64,000 bases of DNA, taken from positions 710,237,874 to 710,301,873 of the forward strand of contig NC_058130.1 in the NCBI RefSeq assembly GCF_016433145.1. The letters run 5' to 3'. Below the pieces are notes generated by a model that was not told the DNA's origin, did not search any database, and saw nothing but the letters and a program-made list of their open reading frames with translations. Both the position numbers and the translations under genes were made by a program. The DNA is from Gracilinanus agilis. Lineage: Eukaryota. Below are positions 24,417 to 36,941 of the stretch, piece after piece (positions within the stretch are counted from its first letter, which is position 1; each line of letters starts with the position of its first letter).

Positions 24417-24504
24417 GGCCAAGTATAACTTGAACTCCCTTTCTCACGACACTGCTATGGCTTTGGTGCAGTTGGCCCTGGATCAGGGTGTGAAGGTCAC
24501 TCAG
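24417..24504 (+). CDS. RNASEH2A: RNASEH2A exon 4 (88 nt)
   Basis: Encodes [29 protein letters not shown]; donor |gttagt. Confidence 0.96.
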
Positions 24505-24587
24505 GTTAGTGGGACCTATTCAGGGTAGGGGAAGTTGGGCTGCCTTGGGCTACCCTGCCTCTGACCCACATCCCCTGGTTTTTATAG

Positions 24588-24725
24588 GTGTTTGTGGATA
24601 CAGTGGGGCCAGCTGACAAGTACCAGCAAAAACTTCAGGAGAGGTTTCCAGAGCTAGAGGTGACTGTTCGACCCAAGGCAGATTCCCTCTTCCCTGTGGT
24701 CAGTGCTGCCAGCATTTGTGCCAAG
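24588..24725 (+). CDS. RNASEH2A: RNASEH2A exon 5 (138 nt)
   Basis: Encodes [46 protein letters not shown], with catalytic Asp residues in VFVD and KAD. Confidence 0.97.
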
Positions 24726-24836
24726 GTCAGTCCCCCTACCACCTTGTTGTCTGGACTCCCCTGACCCAGAGAAGTGCCTACTATGTACCCACCTGCCTTG
24801 GTTCCATACCCACCTTTACTCAGCCTACCCTTCCAG

Positions 24837-24924
24837 GTTGCCCGGGACCAGGTTGTGAAGAGATGGAAGTTTCTGGAAGACCTTGGGGACATGAAAATGG
24901 ATTATGGGTCTGGCTACCCCAATG
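24837..24924 (+). CDS. RNASEH2A: RNASEH2A exon 6 (88 nt)
   Basis: Encodes VARDQVVKRWKFLEDLGDMKMDYGSGYPN; donor |gtgagt. Confidence 0.97.
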
Positions 24925-26262
24925 GTGAGTACTCCAGTCAAACCAGTGGTCTCATTCTCCCTTATTCCCTGGGGAAGCCAAGATTGGGTGAAAGAGGGTA
25001 CTAACCTAGGGAGAGTAGGTACCACTATGGAGTGCCAGGCCTGGAGTCAGGAGGACCTGGGTTCAAATCTGGCTTTAGACATTTGCTAGCTGCATGACTC
25101 TGGGCAAGACACTTAACCCCCCCAGTTGCCTAGTTCTTACCACTCTTCTGCCTTAGAATTGCTACTTAGTATTCATTCTAAGACAGATGGTAAGGATTTA
25201 AAAAAAATAAAGGAGTACTACCCTGCAGTATGGCTACAAGAGGGCATGGGGCCAAGAGACAAAAGTCTGAGAACCACATTCTAAAGATGGAAATAAACAT
25301 AGAGGTCCTACTATCCCCAGTTGCCATCATTTTCTAGATAAGAAGACTGAGTCCCAGAGAACGTAAGGGACTTCTCTGGAATCACCCTGAGAACTACTAG
25401 GAGCACTGAGATCGGAACCCAGATTCTCTGATTTCCAAACCAGTGCTCAGCTCAACTCAACCAGCATTTATTAAACAATTAAATTGTGACTCTTGCCCTG
25501 TGTGAGGTGTTGCAGAGGCAGAAATGAAACATACCCTTTTCTTTCCCTAGAGGTTACCTCAAGAGGGTGCAGTGTGGGTTCAGGGTTCTGGTAGGAGGTG
25601 ACTTAAGCCTTAAAGGAAGCTAGGGACCTTAAGAGGTGACGGTGAGTAAGAAAAAGATTCCAGGTATGAGGGAAAAGGGAGATATGAACAGCCTGAACTA
25701 AAGGCCAAAAGTGGAAAATCCAGTGCTGAATGGAGGTGCTAAGCCTTTGGCCAGCCAGTAGAGAGGGGAAGGGCAGGCATATGGAAGATCTGGAGAAGCT
25801 CCGTGGAGGCTTCTAAATCCTAGAGTCACTAGGGAGCCACCATAGGTTTCTGTCAGTTGTTTGGAAGAAGGATTGGAGAAAGCAGAGATTGGAAACTGCC
25901 AGAGTAGTTAAGAGGCTGTTTGAGTAGCTCAGGTGAAAGGTAATGAGGGTGGTGGCCTCATGCTAGAGAAACGAAGAGACAGGTGGAGGCGGAGGCGTTG
26001 TGGAGGCAGGGTCAGCAGCTGTACACATGATTAGATGGGGGAAAAGAGTGGAGGAATTACAGCTGTGGCTGTAAATCTGAGCTAGTGGAACAGTGGTGGT
26101 TCCCAGCAGAAATTTAAAAAGAAAAGGTGGGGTAGGGAGAAAAATGATGAGTTCTGTTGTGGACATGTGGGAGTTTGAGGTACTGATGGGACAGGCAGTT
26201 GATATGAAGTAGGACAGAGTTTTAAGGCTTGCAAAACAATTCGAAAACTTGCTGGGGCAGCT

Positions 26263-26500
26263 AAGTGGTACAGTAGATAGGGCACCAGGTCTAGGGTGAG
26301 GAAGATGAGTCTTGAGTTCAAATTCAGCCTCAGACACTTACTAGCTATGTGACCCTGGGCAAGTCACTTAATCTTGTTTGCCTCAGTTTCCTCATCTGTT
26401 AAATGAGCTGGAGAAGGAAATTGCAAACCACTCCAAGATCTCTGCCAAGGAAATCCCAAATTGACTCATGAAAAGTCAAGCACAACTAAAAAACAACAAC
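26263..26500 (+). mobile_element. MAR1-like CORE-SINE
   Basis: GGGGCAGCTAAGTGG head, CORE, and GAGCTGGAGAAGGAAAT..CAAACCACTCCA tail. Similar copies at ~31225-31480 (+) and ~53510-53750 (-). Confidence 0.75.
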
Positions 26501-26689
26501 AATTACAAATATTATCTCATTTAATCTTTACAGCATCTCTGGATGGTAGATGCTGTTCTATTTATCACCATTTAACAGATGAGGAAACTGAAGTAGACAG
26601 AGGCTAAGGGATTTTCCCAGGGTCATATAAGTAAGTAAGTATCTGAGGCTGAATTTGAACATAGGTCTTCCTGATTCTAGGTGAAGATT

Positions 26690-28830
26690 TGGGAGTCATG
26701 TGCAAGATGATAATTTTTAAAAATTTCCCCCCAATTACATGGGAAAAAAGTTTCCAACATGTTTCAAAGACTATTCAGTTTCAAATTCTCTCCTTACCTC
26801 CCACCCACCATGAGATGATAAGCAATGTCATATAGATTTTACATGTGCAATCATGTAAAACATTTTTCCATATTAATCCTTTTGGGGAAGGAAACTTAAG
26901 TAGAAAAAAAGTTAAGAAAGTTAAAATAGTTTGCTTTGGTTTAGATTCAGACTCAGTTCTTTTTCTCTGGAAATAGATGGCATTCTTTTATCACGAGTCC
27001 TTTAGGATAGTTTTGGATCATTGTTTTTCTAAGAACAGTTGTTATTCAGTTGTTCATTATAAAGTATTTGTGGCATATACAATGTCTGGTTCTGTTTATT
27101 TCATTCTGCTTCTGTTTGTATAAGTCTTTCCAGGTTTTTCTGAGCTCCTGCTCATCATTTCTTATAGCACTGTAGTGTTCCATTACAGTTATTTATACTA
27201 TAACTTACTTAGCCATTCCCCTGTTGATGGGTATCTCCTCACCAAATTTTGCTTCCACAAAAAGTGCTGCTTTAAGTATTTTTGTACACGTGTGTTCCCC
27301 CCCCCCCTTTTTTAAATCTCTTTGGGATCCAAACCTAGTAATGGTATTGTATTGCTGGGTCAAAGAATATGTACTGTTTTATAACCCTTTGGGCACATAT
27401 CCAAATTGCTCTCCTGAATGATTGAATTGGTTCATAGCTCCCTCAACAATTCATTCTTATTCTAGCTTTCCCATATGCCCTCTATGTTTGGTCATTTTCC
27501 TTTTCTGTTATAATATCCAACCTGATAGGTGTGGGGTGGTACTTCAGAGTTATTTTAATCTGCATTTCTCTAATAATGATTGAGAATTTTTTGCACGATC
27601 ATAACTTTTATGTTATTTGAGAACTGCCTGCTCATATCCTTTGGCCATTCATCAATTGGAGAATGACTTGTATTCTTCTATATTTAATTCATTTCTCTAT
27701 GTATTTGAGAAATGAAGCCTTTATTAGAGAAACTTTAAAAAATCTTGTACCATTATGATTATTGTGTATTTCCATCCTATTTACCCCATTTCTGATCTCC
27801 ACCTCCCCCGATTTGCCCTTCTCTTATCTCCTCTTCTTTGGATTTTTGTGCTTTTTTTTTTTTTTTACCAGTGGTCTTAAGGCATTAATTTTTTCAGTAT
27901 TTTTTGTGCCTTGTCAAGCTATTGACTCTTTTTTTCCCCCATGGTTTTCCTGTATCACTTTCATTTCTTTTCCCAATTTTTCTTCAACCTTTATTTTTAA
28001 AATCCTTTTTGAGCTCCTCTTTTTTTTGTCTTGAGAGCAATTTATATTTTCCTTGGAGGCTTTGGATGCAGCAGTGTTGAGTTGGTTGTCTTCTTAGTTT
28101 GAATTTACCCTGTCACCAAAATAACTTTTTATATTGTTTCTTTTTTGTTTGTTTTCTCATTTTCTTGTCTTTTTCTTTTAGTTTAAAAATCTATTAAAAG
28201 TTGAACTCTGTAACTGTGGTGGAGGGAGCACTGTTCCAAGCTTCAGGTTCTTCGTTTAATTATCTTCAAAGTTGGCACTAGGGTTCTATCTGCTTTCAGT
28301 CTTCCTAGGTGGCATGATGTAAGGAGAGGTGTGTTTAATACTCTCCAACCCTGTGCTCTGGTCTGTGAGTAGCTCCAAGCACTCTTTTAGTCCTCGGAAC
28401 TGTAACCAGGGTCCCCCGTGGCTGCAAGTGCTGGTGTATGATCCTCCTCACCCTGTGACTGTACCCCAGGACTGCAACCTGGTTCTGCATATGGGCAATT
28501 CCACTAAAGTCTTGCACCCAGAGCCAGCAAAGGGACTCTTGTACTCTTCTGAGCAATTGTCCGATCCCCGCTTACCACCTGTGGCCGAGAGCCCTAGAAG
28601 CCTTGGCTGCTGCTTCAATTGTGCCCCAAACCAATTGCCTTGGTGGCACCTGCCCTGGCATGCTCTCTTCTCCCTCCACCCTGGTGCACTAGATCCCTCA
28701 TGCTGGCCTTCTAAGTTGTTTTGGGCTGAAAAATTACTTTATCTTGTCTTTTTTGTGGGTTATGCTCCAGAATTCGTTTTGAGGTATTATATCATAGTTT
28801 TTTGGAGGGTAATTTGGTAGAAATTAGATG
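26690..28830 (-). mobile_element. Degraded L1 fragments in RNASEH2A intron 6
   Basis: L1 3'-region motifs at ~26700-27760 and a 5'/ORF1-like region at ~27900-28830. Confidence 0.65.
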
Positions 28831-28879
28831 GGTCCCTGTACCTTCTCCACCAACTTGGCTCTGTCTCAGGATGATCGTT

Positions 28880-29082
28880 GGGGCAGCTGAGTAGCTCAGT
28901 GAATTGAGAGCCAGGCCTAGAGATGGGAGATCCTAGATTCAAATCTGGCCTCAGATACTTCCCAGCTGTGTCACCCTGGGCAAGTCACTTAACTTCCATT
29001 GCCTAGCCCTAACCACTCTTCTGCCTTGGAGCCAATACACAATATTGACTCCAAGATGGAAGGTAAGGATTTAAAAAAAAAA
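28880..29082 (+). mobile_element. Full-length tRNA-derived opossum SINE (SINE1/2_Mdo-like)
   Basis: GGGGCAGCTGAGTAGCTCAGTG head, core, A-tail, and TSD ATCGTTG (28874-28880, 29083-29089). Confidence 0.85.
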
Positions 29083-29179
29083 ATCGTTGATATGATAGAT
29101 GCTCATTGAGCCCATGGAAACTGATAAGATCTCCAAGAAAGTATAGAGAAGAAGAGGAGAACCTTCTTGGGATTATCAC

Positions 29180-29835
29180 TGTAAGGAATAAAATTTAGGT
29201 ATTTATAGATATATATTAAAAATATGTGGCCGCCAGGAATCAACAATTTAGGTTGATTCCGTAATTAATTCAGACCCAAGTCAGCATCGGGTTGAAGAGT
29301 TTATTTACAATCGGTAGGTAAAAGTAGGAATAAAGAGAAAAGTAGAGGCTAGTCCAGGCCAAAGGCCTGGACGGAGGGAGAAGGTTAGAAGGCTAAATAA
29401 ATGAAGCTGTAAGCCACAGGGCCCAACAGCCAGATAGGCAGAGTTTAGAATTGGCCCAGCTAGGCCAAGGAAGTCAGCCTAACTTACCCACGTGACAATA
29501 CAGAGTGTAAGCTGTCTGTGGTCTCAGGAGATGCTTCTTCCTCCAGTTCCAGAGGGCAACTGCCCCCACAGGAAGTTCACTCACTTACTTAAAGAGATTG
29601 TGTCTTTCATCACTTCCTGTGGTCCACCTCTAATTCAAATGGACAAATGACAGTTTCTACATTGATTTGGACTGCCCAAAGGGCAGTCCCTTATTCTTGA
29701 TTTGTTACTTATTGTCACGTGTGGGTAACTCTCCTCTCCCCTCCCCACTAAGGGAGGTGGGAGTGACATCATTAGCACGCCTGGGTTGAGTAGATTTTTG
29801 ACTATTTATGGGATCTGGCTAATTCTATTTACACA
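29180..29835 (-). mobile_element. Solo ERV LTR 'A' in RNASEH2A intron 6
   Basis: TGTAAG...TACACA termini, 4-bp TSD TCAC, minus-strand AATAAA. Homologous to LTR B in inverted orientation. Confidence 0.8.
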
Positions 29836-31494
29836 TCACCCTAGTCCCCTCACTTTCTTTTTATTTTCTTCCTCTAAATTAGTTTTTAAAACCCTTACCC
29901 TTTTGGCCTTAGAACTGATATTAAGTATTGGTTTCAAGGCAACTGAGCAGTAGGGGCTAGGCAGTGGGGGTTAAGTGATTTGCCCAGGATCACAAAACTA
30001 GGAAGTGACTAAGTCCAGATTTGAACCTAGGACCTCCCATCTCCAGGCCTCTATCTATTGAGCCACCTAGCTGCCCCTCTCCTCACTTTCAATTCTTCTA
30101 CCTATTCACTTAGTTTTTGAATCTTATTATTTCTACCTTCACAAAATCTCTTCTGTTTATCCCCCCTTATCTCCAAACAAATACCACCTTAGTTTGGCCC
30201 TTCTCACCTGGACTATTACATTAATTGCAGTAATTTCATTATCGATGTCCCAGCCTCAAGTCTCTCCCCTCTTCAGTTCTTTCTTTACACAGCTGCCAAA
30301 CAACAAAAAAAAGTTTTTTAACTCTTACCTTCTGTCTTAGACGAGTAGTAAGGGCTAGGTAATGGAAGTTGCCCAAGATCATACAGCTAGGTAGTATCTG
30401 AATTCAGATTTGAATACAAGACCTTCCAAATCAATTTTCTTGAAGCAAAAAATCTGACCATGCCACACTCCTAGTCGTTAAACTCCAGTGGCTCCCTATT
30501 GCTTTCAGGTTTAGATATATTTTCCTCTGGTCAGCATTCAAGCCTTTTATAGTCTTGGCCTCAATTGTCTTTTCCTTTCTTATTGCCCATTATTCCTGTT
30601 TATATATACTTTGGTTCAAGTAGGCTGACTTTCTTGCTGTTTCTTATGCCCAGCAATCTGTATCTGGCTTCCTGCTTTTTGTCTGGCTGTCTCTCATTTA
30701 TGTAAAACACTCCCTCCCTGATCTTCATCTGCCAGAATCCCAGTCCCTAATTTCATTCAAGGCTTAGCTCAGGTGCCATCTTCTCTATGAGACCTTTCTT
30801 GGTGCCTTCCCAGCTGCTAGTACCTTCTCCTGAAAAGTACCTTATATCTATATGTAATTATCTCCTATATGCCTGTAAAGGCAGTCAGGTGGCATTTCCA
30901 GATAGAACTATGGGTTTGAACTCAAAAAGACCTGAATTTAAATTATCCTTTAGATGCTAGCTATTTGATCCTGGCAAGTCACCTCTGTGAGCCTCAGTTT
31001 TCCCATTTGTGAAATGGTGTAGATAATAATTGTACCTACTACACAGGGTTGTTGTGAATCTCAAAAGAGAGGGCATGTGGAAACACTCTGAGGACTTTTA
31101 AATGCTAGTTTTCTTCATTCCGGTATGTTTTATCTATACCTATATAGGTATGTGCTATTTTTCTGAACAGAAGAGCTCCTCAAGCTTCGGATCTGTTTTC
31201 TTTGTTCTCTTTGTATCCACAGTGCCCAGGGATAGCTAAGTGGTGCAGTGGATAGAGCCCTGGGCCTGGAGTCAGGAAGAATCCTCTTCCTGAGATCCAA
31301 TCTGGCCTCATACACTTATTAGCTATGTGACCCTGAGTGAGTCATTTAACTTCTCTCTGCCTCAGTTTCCTCATCTGTCGAATGAGCTGGAGAAGGAAAT
31401 GACAAAGTACTCCAGTATATCTGGCAAGAAAACCCCAAATGGGGTCATAAAGAGTTAGGCACAACTAAAATAACCAAACAACAAATCTGCAGTA

Positions 31495-32872
31495 TGTAAA
31501 AGGGAAAAATTGTGGTTGGTTGAACTAAATATTTAAAGGAGTGATCACCAGGAATTGAATAAATATCAATTCCAAAATGATTTTTTAGTAATTTATTTAT
31601 AAAATATAGGAGAGAGTGAAAGTAAAGAAATGAGAATAGGATAGAGTAAGAGATCTAGCTTAATGAGCTAAACTGTGTGCTTGATTCCTGGCTTTACTCT
31701 GGCAGGGCTCCAGAGGCACTAGCTGGAGAGCCTAAAAGTCAATTAACAAGGATTTTAGCCACGAGGTCTCCTAATCAAGGGCCCCTCCGGAGGCTAGTAC
31801 CTCCAGGGAAGCTAAGGGAGTGAGCCTTTTTCACTCACCATGTGTAGTTCTCAGGGAGAGATTTAATAACAGTCTCACCAAGTCCAAGGTCCTAGCCAGT
31901 GCTCCTCCACGTCCAGTTCCAGATGAAGAAGTGAAGAACTTGCTCACAGGAAGTTGTCACTCCCTTTTAAAGGTGCTTCTTTTGCGTCACTTCCTGTGTC
32001 TTCCTTCTAGTTTACATGTCCAGTCACAACAGGTGCTTTACTTAGGACTGCCCAGGGGGCAGTATGTAAATAAAATTAGCTCTAGTCCATTCTATAGTCA
32101 ACACTCTACCTACCTGAGATGAGGTCATTCCCTCCTCCCTTAGTGGGGAGGGGAGACGAGTTACCCACACGTGACAATAAATAACAAATCAAGAACAAGG
32201 GACTGCCCTTTGGGCAGTCCAAATCAATGTAGAGACTGCCATTTGTCCACTTGAATTAGAGGTGGACCCACAGGAAGTGACAAAAGACACTATCTCTTTA
32301 AGTATGTTGGTTACTTCCTGTGGAGGCAGTTCCCGCCTTGAATCTTGGTGCTGAAGGAGCTCCTAAGACCACAGACAGCTTCTACTCTGTATTGTCACGT
32401 GGGTAAGTTAGGCTGACTTCCTTGGCCTACCTAGGCTGCTTCCAAAACTCTGCCTTAAATAGGCACTAGCCTATCTGGTTGCTAGGCCTTGTGGCTTGCA
32501 GCCTAATTTATTTAAGCTTTTAACCTTCTCTCTCATCTAGGCCTCTGCAGGCCTGGAATAGCCTCCCCTTCCTCTTTATTCCCATACCTTTACCTTCCTA
32601 AATGTCAATAAACTGCCTAACCCAATGCTGACTTGGGTCTGATTTAATTATGGAATCAACCTGAATTGTTGATTCCTGGTGGCCACACTTTAAATACATA
32701 TTTATATAATACCTAAAATTTCCCTCTTACAGCAGTCAGTCAATTCTGATTTGTCATTCACTCTTGCACATGTGGGTCACAGACCTCCCCACTTGAGAAT
32801 TAAGTGGTAGTGTTTACATTTTTAGTGATTAAATAGAAAAATGAACTGGGTAGATTTAATCTCATTATCACA
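31495..32872 (-). mobile_element. Older related solo LTR 'C', split by the insertion of B
   Basis: TGTAAA...ATCACA termini with 4-bp TSD AGTA. It shares the CAGGAAGT...CACTTCCTG and GGACTGCCC..GGGCAGT blocks with A, and its sequence resumes colinearly after B. Confidence 0.7.
32063..32731 (+). mobile_element. Solo ERV LTR 'B' (same family as A), nested inside LTR C
   Basis: Reverse-complement homologue of A along its length, 4-bp TSD GCAG, AATAAA at 32607-32612. Confidence 0.8.
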
Positions 32873-33416
32873 AGTACCTAGCCTATTAAAGGTATTGCCA
32901 AAAAGAAAGGCTCATTGGTTAATTGATTGGGGGGGGAGACAGATACTGGTTGGTCATCCAGTAAAGGAGATTAAGGAATAGATAAATCCAAAGGGAACCC
33001 AGAAGGGGCAGAGTTAAGGAATTAGACTCCAGGAGCAAGGTTGATTGACAGAGTCACAAACTGCTCCCTCCACTCTCCTGTGTGTCCCAAGACATCCATA
33101 ATCTGTAGTTATCGGATCCTTGAAGCTGGCTACTCTGATGCCCTTCTACATATGAGGAAGTTTCCCTAGAGAGAGGCTAGAGCTTGCCCAGGGTCACGTA
33201 GCACTCATTCTGACTGGCAATTTCAGGCTGACCCACCACCTTTTTTTCCTTGGTAATGAAACCACAAAGGAGAGAATTGAGGCACACAGGGAGGGACTTG
33301 GGGTATATGTAGCAATGGACCCTGGAATCTTGGTCCAGCAGATCCCAAGATCTGTTCCTCATGGTTGTGTCCTGCCTAGGTTCGGCCTTTCATTTTTGAT
33401 CTCCCTTCTTCCTCAG

Positions 33417-33540
33417 ACCCCAAGACTAAAGAGTGGCTGTCCCAGTGCTTGGACCCGGTCTTTGGTTTTCCCCAGTTTGTCCGATTTAGCTGGAGCACTG
33501 CTCAGCTCATCCTGGATGGACGTGCCGTGCCTGTGCGCTG
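33417..33540 (+). CDS. RNASEH2A: RNASEH2A exon 7 (124 nt)
   Basis: Encodes [42 protein letters not shown]; donor |gtgggt. Confidence 0.96.
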
Positions 33541-33788
33541 GTGGGTTGACCCTGGGCTCCCCTGGGGGAGGAACGAAGGGACTAGCTGGCAACACGTTGA
33601 CTTTGGCACTTACCTGCTTCCTGGGAGAATCCCAGCCCTAGGGTTCTGGCCTTGGAGACAGATGAAAGGGGTGGCAAGAGGTTGTTGGGGACCAAGGATA
33701 ATTGAGGCTGGAGGGGTGGGAGTGGTGGATGGGAATCACTCTGGCTTATATATCACTCTTCACCATTGCACATTCCTCCTCCATGCAG

Positions 33789-33948
33789 GGAGGACTCGGA
33801 GGAAGAGGCGGGAGATCCACCGGCTGCTGGCAGGGGTTCTAGCACCCCCTCCCTGCTATCTTACTTTGCCCGTAGACAGACTCCCACAGAAAGACAGTCT
33901 CACCGGTTCTTCCATGAAAGGGGGTTGGAGACGGTGGCTGACCTGTAG
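33789..33948 (+). CDS. RNASEH2A: RNASEH2A exon 8 (160 nt, last coding exon)
   Basis: Encodes [58 protein letters not shown] lies at 34049-34054. Confidence 0.95.
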
Positions 33949-34460
33949 AAATTGTTGGGGAAGTGGGTACAGAGAGTGGCAGTGTCAGGCAGGCATGGAC
34001 AGTAGTGCTGCTTTGTGTCCTTGTCTTTTTTCCTTCCCAGTGGTTCATAATAAAGTCTCAGGAACATCAGTGTCTGTCTTTGTCTGGATTGAAGGGATGG
34101 GTAGAGGGAGGGGGTAAGTGAAGGATGCTTGAGCCTGACTGCACAGAATGTGAAATCATACTTTTGGATAGCACTAGAAAACTTTTCCTTATGTCCAACT
34201 GAAATCTGCCTCTGGAACTTCCCAGGAGGACTGTACTTAGAATCAGTTGCCCTGGGTTTACTTTTTTTTTTTTTTAACCCTTATCTTTTGTCTTAGAATC
34301 AGAACTAACCAAAGTTCCAAGACAGAAAAGCAGCACGGGCTAGGCAATTGGATTTAGTGATTTGTCCAGAGCCACAGCTGGAAAATGTCTGATGCCACAT
34401 TTGAATCGAGGACCTGTAAAAATATGGGCACCAGGGATGTTAAAATATAATCTAAATGGT

Positions 34461-35185
34461 TGTGGGTACACACACACTGGTTTGAAGGAGAGACAGGACC
34501 AGAATAGGGAGACCAGAGTACACAGCTAAGCTGCTGCTTACTGTCACCCAGCTCACTACTAGGCCAGAGTCTTTGAAACCAGCAGGCAAGGTAAAAGGTT
34601 TTAACAGTTTTAATTATGTTCAACTAAATAAAGGTGGGATAGGGGATTCTACACTAAAACCTAAATGGCAAAACCACAGGGCAAGGGGAGGACTTGACTT
34701 CTCTAATCTTAGTGATCTAAACAGGCCGGGGCCAAAGGAACAGCACTGGAGTCTCTGGGAGGCTCCTTCAAACCTGGTTCCAGCCAGGTTTGACCAGCAC
34801 AGCTAAAGGCCTGAGGGTGGCTTTGAGGGTTCTCACAGTAATCCACAGATGATCACAGGATGCCAAAAGCCAAGATGGTCCAAGGTATCCAAGTAGAGAG
34901 AGTGTGCTTGAGATGCTGTCCACCAGATCCCAAACTCCTCCTCCACTTGGTGCTGCTCTGCAGGTCTTGTCCACTTGCTAGAAGCCACCACCACTCAGGA
35001 TCCCAGGGAATCAGGATGCAGGTCTGAGATCTCCCAGGGTTAGCAACAGTTTGTGCCAACCACTAATGGAGTCTCTCTCAGAGCACAAGCCCCTACTTCC
35101 TGCTCCTTCATTCCATCTTGGAATGCTCCAGCCCTTCCTGCTAGGTCCAACCTTAATACTTAATTACTAACTAATCTTCCTCACA
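34461..35185. mobile_element. Probable solo LTR just downstream of RNASEH2A
   Basis: TG...CA termini and LTR-like composition; TSD not found. Confidence 0.4.
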
Positions 35186-36543
35186 ACAGACCAACTATTC
35201 CTTGACCTGGCCCTCTGGTCACTTGAGTCACTTAACTGCCCCTATTAGGTTTGAATCCAAGTGTTGCTAATATATGCCTCTGTTCTCCTGTGAAGTGAAA
35301 TGATTAGATAACAAGCTTGGAGTAGAGGTTAGAGTTGTTGAACTTATATTCAATGAAATGTCTCAAAAAGCATTGAGTGCTTCCTGTGTGCTAAGCAGAC
35401 AAAAGTAAAAGCAGTACCTGCATTTGAGGAGTTCACATTCTAATGGCCATGGAGAGACAACAGGGAAATAACTAGCCATCTACAAGATTTATACAGTGTA
35501 GATGGAAGGTAATCTCAGAGAGGAAAGACTCCTGAAGAAGATGGGATTTGAGCTGTTTGAAAATTAGGGACATGGATTTGGGGAGAGGCAGGAAATAAAC
35601 GTTTATTTAATACCTACTATATACCAGGCTATATGTTTGATCTTGACACAGCCCTGTGAGGTAGGTGCTATTATGATGCTCATTTGGGGGAAACAGGCTG
35701 ACAGAGGTTAAGTGACTTGCCCAGGATCACTTAGCCAGGAAGAGTCTGAGATCATATTTGAACTCAAGTCTTCCTGACTCCAGGTCTAGCATTCTATCCA
35801 CTGGAGAGTCCTGCTGGCATGAGAGATAATGGTGCAAAGGTCTGCAGATGGGGATGGCCAATAGGTTAGTGGAATTGGGTGCTAAAGTGTGGAGAGTAAA
35901 ATAGTACTAGAAAAGAACTTTTGGTGCTCTCAGAGGATTTCATATTCTATCTGTGGGGAAAAGGGTACCATTGGAGTTTATTGAGCAGAGGATAACGTTA
36001 TGGGGCCTTTGCTGTAGGATAATTATTGAGTCTTCTCTACCCACATGGCCACCATTATCATTCAGTCCTCACTCAGCTGGATTATTGCAACAGCCTCCTA
36101 ACTGGAGTCTCCCACTCTAATCCATGCTGCATATTGCAGCAGCTGCCTAAGTTCCCTTATGCTTAGATATGACCTTGTGACTCCCCAACTCGAAAGACCC
36201 CAGTGACTTCCAATTACCTCTAAGATAAACTTTAAACCCTTTTTTGGGGCATGTTAAAAATTCAATATATATACCACCAAAAAGGGTTATCAATTCAGAT
36301 AATCTATGCAAGCTATGCATAAAAGAAGTGAAATGAAATACTAAAAAATATATAAAATGGGTTAAATATGCAAACGTAACAGGCCTGTTGTGGGGTCTGA
36401 TCTTTCACGAATGGGAAAAATTACCTTTGTAATAGAGTTTGATTTTTTTTTTATATGTAATTTTTTTTAACATTTATTAATATTCATTTTTAACATGGTT
36501 ACATGATTCATGCTCCACCTTTCCCCTTCAACCCCCCCCCCCC

Positions 36544-36941
36544 NNNNNNNNNNNNNNNNNNNNNNNNNNNNNNNNNNNNNNNNNNNNNNNNNNNNNNNNN
36601 NNNNNNNNNNNNNNNNNNNNNNNNNNNNNNNNNNNNNNNNNNNNNNNNNNNNNNNNNNNNNNNNNNNNNNNNNNNNNNNNNNNNNNNNNNNNNNNNNNNN
36701 NNNNNNNNNNNNNNNNNNNNNNNNNNNNNNNNNNNNNNNNNNNNNNNNNNNNNNNNNNNNNNNNNNNNNNNNNNNNNNNNNNNNNNNNNNNNNNNNNNNN
36801 NNNNNNNNNNNNNNNNNNNNNNNNNNNNNNNNNNNNNNNNNNNNNNNNNNNNNNNNNNNNNNNNNNNNNNNNNNNNNNNNNNNNNNNNNNNNNNNNNNNN
36901 NNNNNNNNNNNNNNNNNNNNNNNNNNNNNNNNNNNNNNNNN
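36544..36941. other. Assembly gap (398 N)
   Basis: Run of N flanked by a poly-C tract and a 21-bp tandem repeat. Confidence 0.99.

Noticed and set aside
28329-28820. 163-aa plus-strand ORF in RNASEH2A intron 6
   Set aside because: Lies in a degraded L1 5' region; no protein motif.
28880-28960. tRNA-like sequences
   Set aside because: These are A/B-box heads of tRNA-derived SINEs followed by CORE and tail, not tRNA genes.
33449-34117. 222-aa ORF as a separate gene
   Set aside because: It is RNASEH2A exon 7 read through into the intron and an off-frame part of exon 8.
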